This document shows positions 1 through 9,094 of a DNA stretch of 64,000 nucleotides, in pieces. The notes below the pieces were generated by a model. That model searched no databases. It was not told the DNA's origin and was given only the letters and a program-made list of their open reading frames with translations. Position 1 is the first letter of the stretch; every line of letters begins with the position of its first letter. Both the position numbers and the translations under genes were made by a program. The DNA is from Leptolyngbyaceae cyanobacterium (GTDB taxonomy: Bacteria > Cyanobacteriota > Cyanobacteriia > Phormidesmidales > Phormidesmidaceae). The stretch spans positions 1-64,000 of the forward strand of contig CBDHHL010000033.1 of the NCBI GenBank assembly GCA_965263355.1, written 5' to 3'.

Positions 1-224
1 TGATAGAAAACGGCGTCTGACAGACTGTCGTTATCGAAAACTTCAAGATTTGGATGCTGGTTTTCAGTGAAAATACTTTGCTCGTCTGAGTAGAGTAGAG
101 CGATATACTTTTCAGGTATTTTGCTTTCAAAACCTCCTTCCCAAGAAATCACGCAGTCGTCGTTTTCGACTTTAGTTTCTTCGTCGTGAGCAGCTACGTA
201 CCCAATCCCAGAGTTTACAGGCAT
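1..224 (-). CDS. Hypothetical protein, runs off the window edge
   Basis: ATG at 224 with AAGGGAG RBS; frame MPVNSGIGYVAAHDEE... stays open to base 1. Confidence 0.6.
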   Translation of the reverse strand, partial: MPVNSGIGYVAAHDEETKVENDDCVISWEGGFESKIPEKYIALLYSDEQSIFTENQHPNLEVFDNDSLSDAVFY

Positions 225-263
225 AATCAATCTCCCTTGGTATTTACAAATTTAGCAAACGTA

Positions 264-452
264 CTATGTGGCTTTTAGAAACTCGCTGATTAGCTCATTA
301 ATGAGCTGACTAAGGCTTAATCCCAGCTCGGCTGCCTTGTCTGCCGCTTCAGCCTTTAGCCCTACGTCCAGCATGATGTTAGTCCGTTGCCTGGGCTCGT
401 CTCCCAATGGCTTTGCCCCGGCGTTGCGGGGATTGCGGGGTTTTGTGGTCAT
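264..452 (-). CDS. Ribbon-helix-helix DNA-binding protein
   Basis: RNAGAKP basic arm, then RTNIMLD strand and GLSLSQLINELI helix; start chosen at MTTKP. Confidence 0.7.
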   Translation of the reverse strand: MTTKPRNPRNAGAKPLGDEPRQRTNIMLDVGLKAEAADKAAELGLSLSQLINELISEFLKAT

Positions 453-453
453 A

Positions 454-2733
454 TTAGAACTGAATTTCAAACTGGTTACCCCTGTTATATAGTTCTGGTA
501 TTAGCCAGGAATTTTCATCTGGGTTTAGCCCCAGATTGCTAAAAGCCATGTCAACGGCTTCGTAGAACTCGCAATCCCTGAACACAGAAGATTTCCAGTA
601 TGTGGCACCCCTCTTCTGTTCAATGCAGTTTTGGACAATCTGCGAAAGTTTTTCACAGTCCTCGTCGCCCCATTCAGTTGAACGGAGCAGTGTTTGATCC
701 TTCGAAGAGAGCTTTTCTGTCTGCCTCTCTGCAATTTTTGATTCCCAAAAGTCGTTAGTCATTTTTAAGTAATTCCGTTTCTCAACTACTCTTTTAATTT
801 AGCACACACCTAATTAATTGTGTGTGTATATGTGTATGGGTTAAAAGACAGCGCCAAGCTTTTACATTCGCCAGCTTTTGAGTTTTTCAAACTAAAAAAG
901 ATTCCCTGGCTTGGTTTATGTACATCTGCTCCATAACTATGTGTGGTTGTCCAGCGGTCGCGGTCGCTCTTTCAGGAATCTCAGGGTCAACCACAATGGA
1001 TATCCTTTCAAAGGATTGCAGCTCGATATCTTCGATAGTGTAATTAACCGAGCTGGCCACCTCCAATCTGAGGGCTGAATAAGTCCGATAGCCTAAGATA
1101 AGCTGCTTAGGGTATTCGTGCTGGGTAGATGCGTATGCTTGGATTGCCTTTGTAATTTCGGGCGGGATTGCCATCAGTAGTTACAGCTTAAAAACTTTTC
1201 TTTCCCTGTAGTTGTTGTGTAGACCAGCTTAAAGAAGCTGCCTGTGTTAACAAACTCATCAATAACGCTACCAGGGATTTGTTCCACTTCTTTCCTTTGA
1301 TCTTCAGTTAAATCAATACCTCCGATGGAGATGACTGAACCGTCATCAACATATAAAGCGAGTGTTTGGTTGTCGTAAGTCGTATCTATGATCATGACTC
1401 CTGTGCTTTTATTTTCCATGACTGAATCCAGTAAATTTCTTCAATTTTCTCCTCAGTAACCACCGTTGTGGGTCATTGCTTCGTCACATGGATTCCTGGG
1501 AGCGCTACCTACCCATTCAGCGCCATCGTAGGAGAGAGGAAAGTAAACCCTATTCTTGGTCCACAAAGTGAACGGAAAACCCTTAACAGGCCCATCCCCA
1601 TCGTCGAATTCAGCATTCATTGCCAACTCGCTTAGAGTGGAATAAATTACATCTTCCCAGGTGTCACCTTCGGTAAAGCCCTCTTCGATCAATTCCTTCC
1701 AAGTTGCCATTTTTTCTCCTAAGTATTTTTCTTTCTTTTCTTGATTAGTTGAGATCGCGTACTTCAGTCATTCATTGCCGTCAGTGCGTCCAAAGCTGAT
1801 ATTAGCTTGTCAGCTTTTCGAACACCCAATTTAGCAGCCTGCTTATAAGTAATCCTTGGGGTTGAATCAATCGCTTCTTGCATAAACACCATTGCAAAAT
1901 AATCACGCCTACTTAATGGTGTAGCATGGCCATTATGGTCTGTTGGCATAGACCATAATGGCTTTTCTTCTGGCAATTCCGGCCTAAACATACTTAAACC
2001 ACCTCCGAACAACTTCTCTCTTAATTAATGCAGAATGTCTAACACAGCCAAAATCTTCAGCAGTAAACAGTTCTGCATAGTACTCTGAACCATCGACCAA
2101 GCCGAACCCTGATGCACCTAAGGGCAGCTCTGCAAACGTTTTTTCAGGATGCTGGCAAGATCTCACTTCGTACCCAATATCCATAGGCGTTAAATCGGGG
2201 CTCATTGGCTCCCACATGGATGAGTCTCTTGGCGGTTGACCGTCAAGTGTCCAATAATCGCAGGTTTTACATCTAGGGAATTCCATTTTTTCTCCTAAGT
2301 ATTTTTCTTTTCTTGACTAGCTGAGATCGCGAACCTTGCAATTTAAGTCAATCCACGATTGTGCCAATGCGGCTAAAAACCTCGACCCACTGCATGGCTC
2401 AAAGTATCTAGGCTTAGTCCGTAAGTATTGCTGGATAGGTTCCCAGCTTTTTATGAACCTTCTTTTATCGCCATTACACAAATAAAACGTTGACTGACAA
2501 AGATTACGCCACTCAGATGAGCAATAAATTGTATGAAGCCCATCTCTTGCTTCCAAAACAATAACTGGCGCAGCGCCAAATCCCGCCTTTGTTTCTGCGG
2601 GCTGGGCCTCTACCTCTTTGGATATAAGAAAAAGAGGATCATAAAAGCGTGAATCACTAAAATCTATCTTGCTAATCACAACACATTTTCTCCTAAGTAT
2701 TTTTCTTTTCTTGATTAGTTGCGTCCAGGGCAA
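454..2733 (-). CDS. Cluster of small phage hypothetical genes (454-762, 887-1174, 1174-1419, 1453-1710, 1764-2012, 1984-2286, 2317-2733)
   Basis: Tightly packed same-strand ORFs, several with AGGAG RBS. Confidence 0.7.
1708..2721 (-). repeat. Three copies of a ~40-50 bp RBS-containing leader repeat (1708-1759, 2284-2331, 2684-2721)
   Basis: Shared TTCTCCTAAGTATTTTTCTTT..TCTTGAYTAGYTG on the + strand. Confidence 0.9.
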
Positions 2734-3003
2734 CTAATCAACATCGCCAGAGTCCTTTTCTGTCAAGCTTTTTATTGGCAATATGATTACCGCTGGACTA
2801 TTATTGGACTCTTTTTCGAGCATCTTTATATATTCCAATATAGAGCCAAGTTGAGCATTAGATAGGTTCTTTTCCCTTTCGTCAATCCCTTGCCTGTTCT
2901 TTAGCCCCAGTGCTCTAGCGGCTTGCGCCTTAACGGGGACTTGTGACCTTCTCCATTCAATCAAAAGGTCTGGCAGTGCTTCGATAAACTCGCTTAATTT
3001 CAT
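2734..3003 (-). CDS. XRE/Cro-like HTH regulator
   Basis: KAQAARALGLKNRQGIDERE HTH pattern; divergent from the operator-bearing promoters; start chosen at MKLSEF. Confidence 0.7.
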   Translation of the reverse strand: MKLSEFIEALPDLLIEWRRSQVPVKAQAARALGLKNRQGIDEREKNLSNAQLGSILEYIKMLEKESNNSPAVIILPIKSLTEKDSGDVD

Positions 3004-3058
3004 GTCAAGTCTAGTATTTACATCTGGACTATAGCAAAGCAAAATTCATTTTGCAAAT

Positions 3059-3101
3059 AGTCAATAAATTACTTGACATCTGAAAAGCTATCGTTTAGCA
3101 T
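3059..3101 (+). promoter_or_regulatory. Sigma70 promoter overlapped by an AGTCAA-N8-TTGACA operator
   Basis: TTGACA-17-TAGCAT. Confidence 0.75.
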
Positions 3102-3125
3102 TTGAAGTGTAATTGAGGCCGAGCA

Positions 3126-3620
3126 ATGGCAAAAGTATTTAAAGTCAAAACACAAATCCCACCTAGACAGCTTGGGCTAGTGGGCGATAGATCGTGGGAA
3201 GAATCCGAAAATCTTTTCTATGCGATTGAGTTTATCCAGGCTAAAGACCAAAAAGAAGCCATGGCGATCGCGGCTAAGTATGGAGCGATAGTTTCAGTGG
3301 AGGAAACAACCATCAAGCCGAAATCAAAAAGGCAGCAAGCCATAGAAAGCCTACTGTCTGTCAATTCGGCACAAGAAAAAACATGGCACGAATTTGTATG
3401 TGAGTACCTAGTCCTTGTGACTGGGCTTAAGAAAAATAGAGATCTTGTAAGTGGCTACCAGCTGAAGAAAAATAAGAAAGGATATTCAATCCGTTGGGGC
3501 GGAAGAGACATCATGCTAAATGATATGGCTGCTGACGTTGCTTATTCTTTCTGTTTGCGCCATGGACTATCGTACTTTGTGAGGGAAGCCGAAAATTACA
3601 GGATGGATTTATTAGCCTGA
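3126..3620 (+). CDS. Hypothetical protein (cassette gene 1)
   Basis: 164 aa ORF with own promoter and GAGG RBS. Confidence 0.7.
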   Translation: MAKVFKVKTQIPPRQLGLVGDRSWEESENLFYAIEFIQAKDQKEAMAIAAKYGAIVSVEETTIKPKSKRQQAIESLLSVNSAQEKTWHEFVCEYLVLVTGLKKNRDLVSGYQLKKNKKGYSIRWGGRDIMLNDMAADVAYSFCLRHGLSYFVREAENYRMDLLA

Positions 3621-3625
3621 TTTTT

Positions 3626-3668
3626 TGTCAAGTAATTTCTTGACATCTGAAAATAAAAAAGGCATACT
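3626..3668 (+). promoter_or_regulatory. Sigma70 promoter with TGTCAA-N8-TTGACA operator
   Basis: TTGACA-17-CATACT. Confidence 0.8.
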
Positions 3669-3756
3669 TATTAGTAACAAAGCAAGCAGGGCATGCACCG
3701 GCTCCCCCGAAAGGACATAGCCGAAAAAGCCTGAGCAGTATAACTAAAAAGGAGAA

Positions 3757-4389
3757 ATGATTATGCTTATCCGTGAAGTCGTTTCCATTGAAGATACTCG
3801 CGATGTGATTGAAAAGGATGATCGGTTTATTCCGGTTCCTGGGACTGGGATAACTCTTAGTTGTGAAGCTTGCGGACGTGACCACGAAGTTCACGCAACT
3901 GTCATTCTCGATGATGGTTCTAGCGCTGTTGTAGGCACTGGCTGCATGCTAAAACAAGAGTTCGAAAGTCATGATATCAAGCATCTCCGCAGCAAGGTTA
4001 ACGCTGCAAAGCGATTACCGAAGCTCAAAGCTGAGCAACTAAAAATTGTGAAAGCCTATGAAAATAATGCGGTGCTTGACGAATGGGCAGAAAACACATC
4101 TATTCGCGATGCTGGCTGTACTGATGAAATGATCATCACATACCATGACAAGCTATGGGCTAGGAAGGATTGCACAAAGCTAGTTTTAGGCGATGCGATG
4201 ATCGTAGTCGACGGCGATATTTCTTCCGATGTATTCAAAGGCATTGATGCGGTTCAACAACTAACCGAGCGATGGTTTGAACTTCGGAAATGTGAGAGGG
4301 GGTGGGTAAACCCACATACACTTTCCGATTTACTTGTCCGCAATACAGCCAAGATTCGCAAAGCAACTGAAACTCTCAACACCATCTAA
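3757..4389 (+). CDS. Putative Zn-binding hypothetical protein (cassette gene 2)
   Basis: CEACGR..H and VGTGC motifs; AAGGAG RBS. Confidence 0.7.
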   Translation: MIMLIREVVSIEDTRDVIEKDDRFIPVPGTGITLSCEACGRDHEVHATVILDDGSSAVVGTGCMLKQEFESHDIKHLRSKVNAAKRLPKLKAEQLKIVKAYENNAVLDEWAENTSIRDAGCTDEMIITYHDKLWARKDCTKLVLGDAMIVVDGDISSDVFKGIDAVQQLTERWFELRKCERGWVNPHTLSDLLVRNTAKIRKATETLNTI

Positions 4390-4427
4390 CCCCGCTAACC
4401 ACACCCCGGTTAGCGGGGTTCTTTTTT
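4388..4427 (+). terminator. Intrinsic terminator, copy 1
   Basis: 13-bp perfect stem AACCCCGCTAACC/GGTTAGCGGGGTT followed by a T tract. Confidence 0.85.
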
Positions 4428-4469
4428 GTCAAGAAAACACTTGACATTTGAAAAGGGATCTCTTAGTAT
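4427..4469 (+). promoter_or_regulatory. Sigma70 promoter with TGTCAA-N8-TTGACA operator
   Basis: TTGACA-17-TAGTAT. Confidence 0.8.
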
Positions 4470-4520
4470 TAAGACATGTCGGGCAACCGATTTGTTTTCC
4501 CTTCCGGAGGTTTTTGACTT

Positions 4521-4880
4521 ATGGCTGTTGTTACTCGTCGTTCTGCTGAAATTCTTGCTCAGGCTACATTTGGCGATTTTTCCCGCTATTGCTTGGCTGT
4601 TGTACTAACTAGATTCGATAAAATCGAATTTCAAGTTAGTGACGCAGAATGTCCTGACGACGACGGGATGCCTCGCGTTATTCGACAGACTGAAACTATC
4701 CAGTCCGCTTTAGAGGGGATGGAAGGTGTCGAATGCTTTTCTCAGAGCCCATGCACTGGGGATTTTATTGTAACTCTGGGGAAAACTCCAGCAGTCTACC
4801 TTAAGGAAGGCTACGCTCGATGCATTCGCACAGGCGAGAAATTCTTGGTTGATAGCTTTCATGTCATCAAAGGGTTTTGA
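4521..4880 (+). CDS. Hypothetical protein (cassette gene 3)
   Basis: GGAGG RBS; bounded by a promoter and a terminator. Confidence 0.75.
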   Translation: MAVVTRRSAEILAQATFGDFSRYCLAVVLTRFDKIEFQVSDAECPDDDGMPRVIRQTETIQSALEGMEGVECFSQSPCTGDFIVTLGKTPAVYLKEGYARCIRTGEKFLVDSFHVIKGF

Positions 4881-4897
4881 TGGCCTTACTCATTAGT

Positions 4898-4979
4898 AAC
4901 CCCGCTAACCGGGGTATGGTTAGCGGGGTTCTTTTTTGTCAATAAATTACTTGACAACTAAAATATAGGTCGCTACTTT
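4898..4979 (+). promoter_or_regulatory. Terminator copy 2 (4898-4937) joined to operator/promoter (4937-4979)
   Basis: Same 13-bp stem; TGTCAA-N8-TTGACA; TTGACA-17-TACTTT. Confidence 0.8.
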
Positions 4980-5016
4980 GGGATTGTCAACCAGGAGAAA
5001 AGATACGGTAGAGATT

Positions 5017-5202
5017 ATGAATTGGATTAGTGTTGACGATGACCACAAGCCCAATGAATGGGCACCAGTGCTGGCGTATTCGCCTGACCATGGCTATTTT
5101 CTTGCCAGCTACACCGACGGGCGCTGGGAAGATGCCAATACAGAACGAAGTCTGGATGACATGGGAATAACCCATTGGGCAGCATTAACGGTGCCTCAAT
5201 AG
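5017..5202 (+). CDS. DUF551-like small phage protein
   Basis: MNWISV...VLAY...ITHWAAL pattern. Confidence 0.7.
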   Translation: MNWISVDDDHKPNEWAPVLAYSPDHGYFLASYTDGRWEDANTERSLDDMGITHWAALTVPQ

Positions 5203-5527
5203 TTTTCAAGTCGCCCTAGGCATGGCGTTAAACTGCCTTTTATGTTGATAACGGAGAATGGAATGAGGATTCTCATTCGAACTTAACGATGACTGAATAT
5301 AAAGCCGATGCCACAGGCAACTACAAAAACGATTGCGCCGCTTTAAGCCAGCTAAAACAAAGAGGAATTGAATGCGGCATTGACGTTGGAGGCTTATGGT
5401 TTCTGGCTGAGCCGACTGAACTATGGCGGGCTGAAGCCGTATTAAATGAATACGGTTTGCAGCTCGTCGAGGAAACAACCGCGAGGTTATTAGCGATGGA
5501 TCGGCTTAATGAAGATCCAAGCTCAAT

Positions 5528-5962
5528 CTAAACCCCACCCTCAACCTCACTAGCATTGGTCCCCGCAGGCAGCCTAAACTCTATCTCAACTCTGCGCTGC
5601 CCACGCTCGCGCCTGACCGTACCAACACTCCATCTACGGCCATCTTGATGGACCACGTAGGGATTGGCTGTGACCCCTTCCTCTGCTGCCCTGGTGAACG
5701 TAACTCGCCCAACTGCTTTACCATCCTGGGCGATGCGGACGACCTGGAAAGATGCAATAGGCTGGGTTGAGGGTGGATCTTCTTCCCTGACTGGGGGCTT
5801 ACTGCCACTTGCTGCGATAGTCGGCTGTGGCTCGCTGATGCTGCATATACTTTCCAGGTTAATTAGTTCCCCCTGGTCTGTGATCATGTAGCAGAAAGGG
5901 TTGGCGATCGCAGGAGTGCTAACGCCAAGGGCCAGGATGGTAGGCAAAAAATATTTGAGCAT
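5528..5962 (-). CDS. Secreted cyanobacterial-type protein
   Basis: Signal peptide ending PAIA, then CYMITDQGELINLESIC motif and a Pro-rich linker. Confidence 0.65.
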   Translation of the reverse strand: MLKYFLPTILALGVSTPAIANPFCYMITDQGELINLESICSISEPQPTIAASGSKPPVREEDPPSTQPIASFQVVRIAQDGKAVGRVTFTRAAEEGVTANPYVVHQDGRRWSVGTVRRERGQRRVEIEFRLPAGTNASEVEGGV

Positions 5963-6158
5963 AGCTTGATATCTCATAAGGACAGTATAGCTATACTTCA
6001 GTGGCTGCAAGACTCGTTCGGGACTACCGCCCGCTCCCCCGATGGCGCAATTTCATAGACTTACCTTGACTCAGCCTTACTTTATACAGGGGCTAAGCCA
6101 GGGTTCAGCAGGCTTTACGAGGGCTTCACAGTGGTGTGAAGTTATGCTGATAGCGAAT

Positions 6159-6518
6159 CTACCTAAAAAGAACGAATACTCTCAGATCTCGTCCACCAAT
6201 AGCGAAATCATCAGCGCCGAGGTCGATCCCCGCTGCCCTTATACGAGGAGTGATTTCTGCAGGATCTTCAATTCCACGAAGTGAAACCCTCCCATCTTGC
6301 TGCAATTCTCGCAGGGTGCGATGCAGCTCAGTGTTGCTTTCGACGCCGAGTTCATCCTTGATATCGGCAATTGCAACCCTGGGGTCTAACCCACGAACGC
6401 GATTGTTATAAGCGGTCTCCACTGACGCTTTTGTGACTGTTGTTGGTGAGCTTGAGGCTGCTGAACTTCTACCACCACCTCCTGAACTTCTACCCCCGCC
6501 TCCACTGCTTCTACCCAT
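6159..6518 (-). CDS. Gly/Ser-tagged protein with winged-helix-like domain
   Basis: N-terminal MGRSSGGGGRSSGGGGRSS; VAIADIKDELG...LRELQQDGRVSL. Confidence 0.65.
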   Translation of the reverse strand: MGRSSGGGGRSSGGGGRSSAASSSPTTVTKASVETAYNNRVRGLDPRVAIADIKDELGVESNTELHRTLRELQQDGRVSLRGIEDPAEITPRIRAAGIDLGADDFAIGGRDLRVFVLFR

Positions 6519-6598
6519 AATTGCCCCTTATAAAATCACTGTGTTCTAACTGCAAAATCCATCGTATGTAGATAAGGACTGCTTTTGCATGGACTGAC

Positions 6599-7321
6599 TT
6601 AAAATTGCTCCCCTACCACATAAACTCTAACCTCAGTATTTGCTCGCCTAGCTGTGGCTACTGCAGCCGCGTCTCCAATGGGCCTGTAGCTATCTGGTCC
6701 AACCCTAACGACAGGCTGAGTAATCCATGTGGACCCCTTATTAGATCTAATCGTTCTGGCCGCTTTATCTATCTTGGATTGCGATGCCTTCGTTCTTCCT
6801 CCAATAATTGAGTCAGGGCTTACTATTCTTTCAGTGCCTATCTCTGAAAATGATGACTGCTGACCCCGCGCATTCCGGCCAAATCTAGGTTTCCCTTGAA
6901 TTGATGCGGCTGCCTGCGCAGAAGATAAATCATTTCTAGCAATAACTTGTACATTTATATTGTTAGCACCCGACACCCTGCCACTCGCCAGGATTTTAGC
7001 GCTGGCAGAGTCAACAGGCTCATACTTCCCCTGATTATTAATGGAAACTAATGCGGGGGTTTGGTTGAGTTCACCACGACTAAAAGCTCTGACCATCCTT
7101 GGATCAGGGCTCGCAGATCCAAGCGAGAATTGAGAGCGAAGCTCGCTTGAATCAAAAACACTCAATGCGCCAGGGCCGCCAGCACCAAATATAAATTCTT
7201 TTTCCGCAGACGTTCTCTCTTTTGGTTCCTCTGTAGTCTCCCCCAACGGGGCCTGATTAACACCACCAGCGCTTCTACCCCCGCCTGAACTTCTGCCACC
7301 TCCCCCGCTGCTTCTACCCAC
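6599..7321 (-). CDS. Gly/Ser-tagged protein with degenerate ParB/Srx-like domain(s)
   Basis: Same N-terminal tag (GTG start overlapping the upstream stop); IDKAARTIRSNKG..QPVVRVGPDSYRPIGD..ATARRA resembles the ParB fold without the GxxR motif. Confidence 0.6.
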   Translation of the reverse strand: MGRSSGGGGRSSGGGRSAGGVNQAPLGETTEEPKERTSAEKEFIFGAGGPGALSVFDSSELRSQFSLGSASPDPRMVRAFSRGELNQTPALVSINNQGKYEPVDSASAKILASGRVSGANNINVQVIARNDLSSAQAAASIQGKPRFGRNARGQQSSFSEIGTERIVSPDSIIGGRTKASQSKIDKAARTIRSNKGSTWITQPVVRVGPDSYRPIGDAAAVATARRANTEVRVYVVGEQF

Positions 7322-8513
7322 TGTAGTTCCCTCTTATAGAATCACTGTGTTCTAGTTGTAAGATCCATTGGCTAGGCGCGTCCTTGAACGTTGTTGGCCT
7401 TGCTCCATAGACTAACAAAACACAATCTTCTGTTCCAGTGTAGTCAACAATTGCCTGCCAGTCCTTCATGGTTGCGTCGTAACCGGCAACGTTACCATCA
7501 TCGAAGCTAGCCAGGTATCTCGTAGCGAAATATCGCCATTCTTTGGGGACTCCAATAAAGTTTAGATCGTGCAAATGGGGCGACGTGTTCACATCCACCC
7601 ACAGCCGAACCCCATGCTTCTGCCAATAGCGGGCTAACCATCGCTTTTTATAAATATCTGTCATGGCCAACGCTCGTGGCATATTCGCCCAGGTAGAGAA
7701 GTTTGGCTCAATTACTACGCTGCAGCCAGTCTCTAATAAGTCGTCGGGCTTATCCCATACTGCGCTGAATTTATAGTCGTCAGTGTAGAAGTGAATGCCA
7801 CCGTCATGCGTGGCTGTCCTCTGCTGAACCCCCCACTTTAGCCAGTCAATATCTGTCGTATCAGGCTGCATACTGGGATCTAGATCGGGGATACCCCAGT
7901 CGTTGGACGACGGGAATATGTCGTTGGGTTCGGAGTCGGAGTGTGATTCACCGTCATCATCACTGCCCCTATCGTCCTGGCCATTTTCATCGCTTATCTG
8001 CTCCAGCAATAGATCCAAATCATCCCCATCCACTGTTACGGGCAACGAATCAGCCTGGGCTAATCGCTCAAGCAATTCTAAATACTCAGCAGGATTATAT
8101 AGCCCAGAGATATCCAGCGCAGTGAAATCCCCGCCCGCCATAGTGAGGCTATTATGGTCCAGGCTGTATGCCAATCCTTCGGCTTCGGTGGCACTGTTGC
8201 CCCCAACGATGCAAGGCACGGCCCAGTCTCCTGATTCGGTGAGCTTGATATAGGCTGGTGGCCCCTCACCTTGTTGACGCAGACGCAGCAGCGCTTCTAG
8301 CCTGCCGTTCCCCTCGACAACTCCACCTTTGCCATTGTTCAATGCAGCGTCTATAGCTAGTGGATCGCGAAAACCATAACGCTTAATTGAGGTGCAAATA
8401 GCGCCAATATCATGCCGCTTTGCATTGCCTTCCAGAAACTTCTCTGAGAGTTCAGAAAGAAGCAGATAGTTTATGGATAGCTGAAGGAGGCCAGCTGCTG
8501 CTGTGGTGACCAT
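7314..8513 (-). CDS. ParB-like N-terminal domain fused to a DUF4417 domain
   Basis: NAKRH..SIKRYGFRDP..EGNGRLEA; acidic linker; HFYTDDYKF..W..P, PNFS..MP, YKKRWLARYWQKHG, FIGVP. Confidence 0.85.
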   Translation of the reverse strand: MVTTAAAGLLQLSINYLLLSELSEKFLEGNAKRHDIGAICTSIKRYGFRDPLAIDAALNNGKGGVVEGNGRLEALLRLRQQGEGPPAYIKLTESGDWAVPCIVGGNSATEAEGLAYSLDHNSLTMAGGDFTALDISGLYNPAEYLELLERLAQADSLPVTVDGDDLDLLLEQISDENGQDDRGSDDDGESHSDSEPNDIFPSSNDWGIPDLDPSMQPDTTDIDWLKWGVQQRTATHDGGIHFYTDDYKFSAVWDKPDDLLETGCSVVIEPNFSTWANMPRALAMTDIYKKRWLARYWQKHGVRLWVDVNTSPHLHDLNFIGVPKEWRYFATRYLASFDDGNVAGYDATMKDWQAIVDYTGTEDCVLLVYGARPTTFKDAPSQWILQLEHSDSIRGNYSG

Positions 8514-8569
8514 GACGGCGATTTGCTAGGATTCTAGACATATCGTACTGTACTTTTCTTATACTTTCC

Positions 8570-9094
8570 GTGGGTAAACGCGTTGACTGGGAACATTGGC
8601 GAGGCCTTTATGTAGCTGGGGATGACTCGGTTACTTTTCAGTCTTTATCTGAGCTGGATGGCGCGCCAGCATTCTCTACAATTAGGAACAAAGCGTGCCC
8701 CCCCAAAGACAGCAATGAGCCGAGCTGGGCCGACTTAAGGAAGCAGTACAGAAAAGAATTAGCTAAAGAGTCTGTTGGGGGAGATAGGGTAAGTTTAAGC
8801 GTCGAAGATGCGATTGCTCGGACGGACAAAATAATTGACACCGCCGAGATGCTTACTCAACACAATGCGATCGCTAAAGCATTGATCGGGATAGGCGCTG
8901 CGGGCATTAAGGAGTTTCAGCGAAATAATTTTTCTAAGGCAAAACAGATGAAGCCCCGAGAGCTTTTAGAATTCGCTAAGTTTGGCATAGAAATGCAGCG
9001 CATTATCGAAGGCATGGCCACCAGCAAAACAGAAATAGATTTCAAGGGCATGTCTGACGCGGAATTAAACGCAATTATCGATGGCGACACTTAG
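8570..9094 (+). CDS. terS: Terminase small subunit
   Basis: DWEHWRGLYV HTH-like start; overlaps the start of terL. Confidence 0.75.
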   Translation: MGKRVDWEHWRGLYVAGDDSVTFQSLSELDGAPAFSTIRNKACPPKDSNEPSWADLRKQYRKELAKESVGGDRVSLSVEDAIARTDKIIDTAEMLTQHNAIAKALIGIGAAGIKEFQRNNFSKAKQMKPRELLEFAKFGIEMQRIIEGMATSKTEIDFKGMSDAELNAIIDGDT

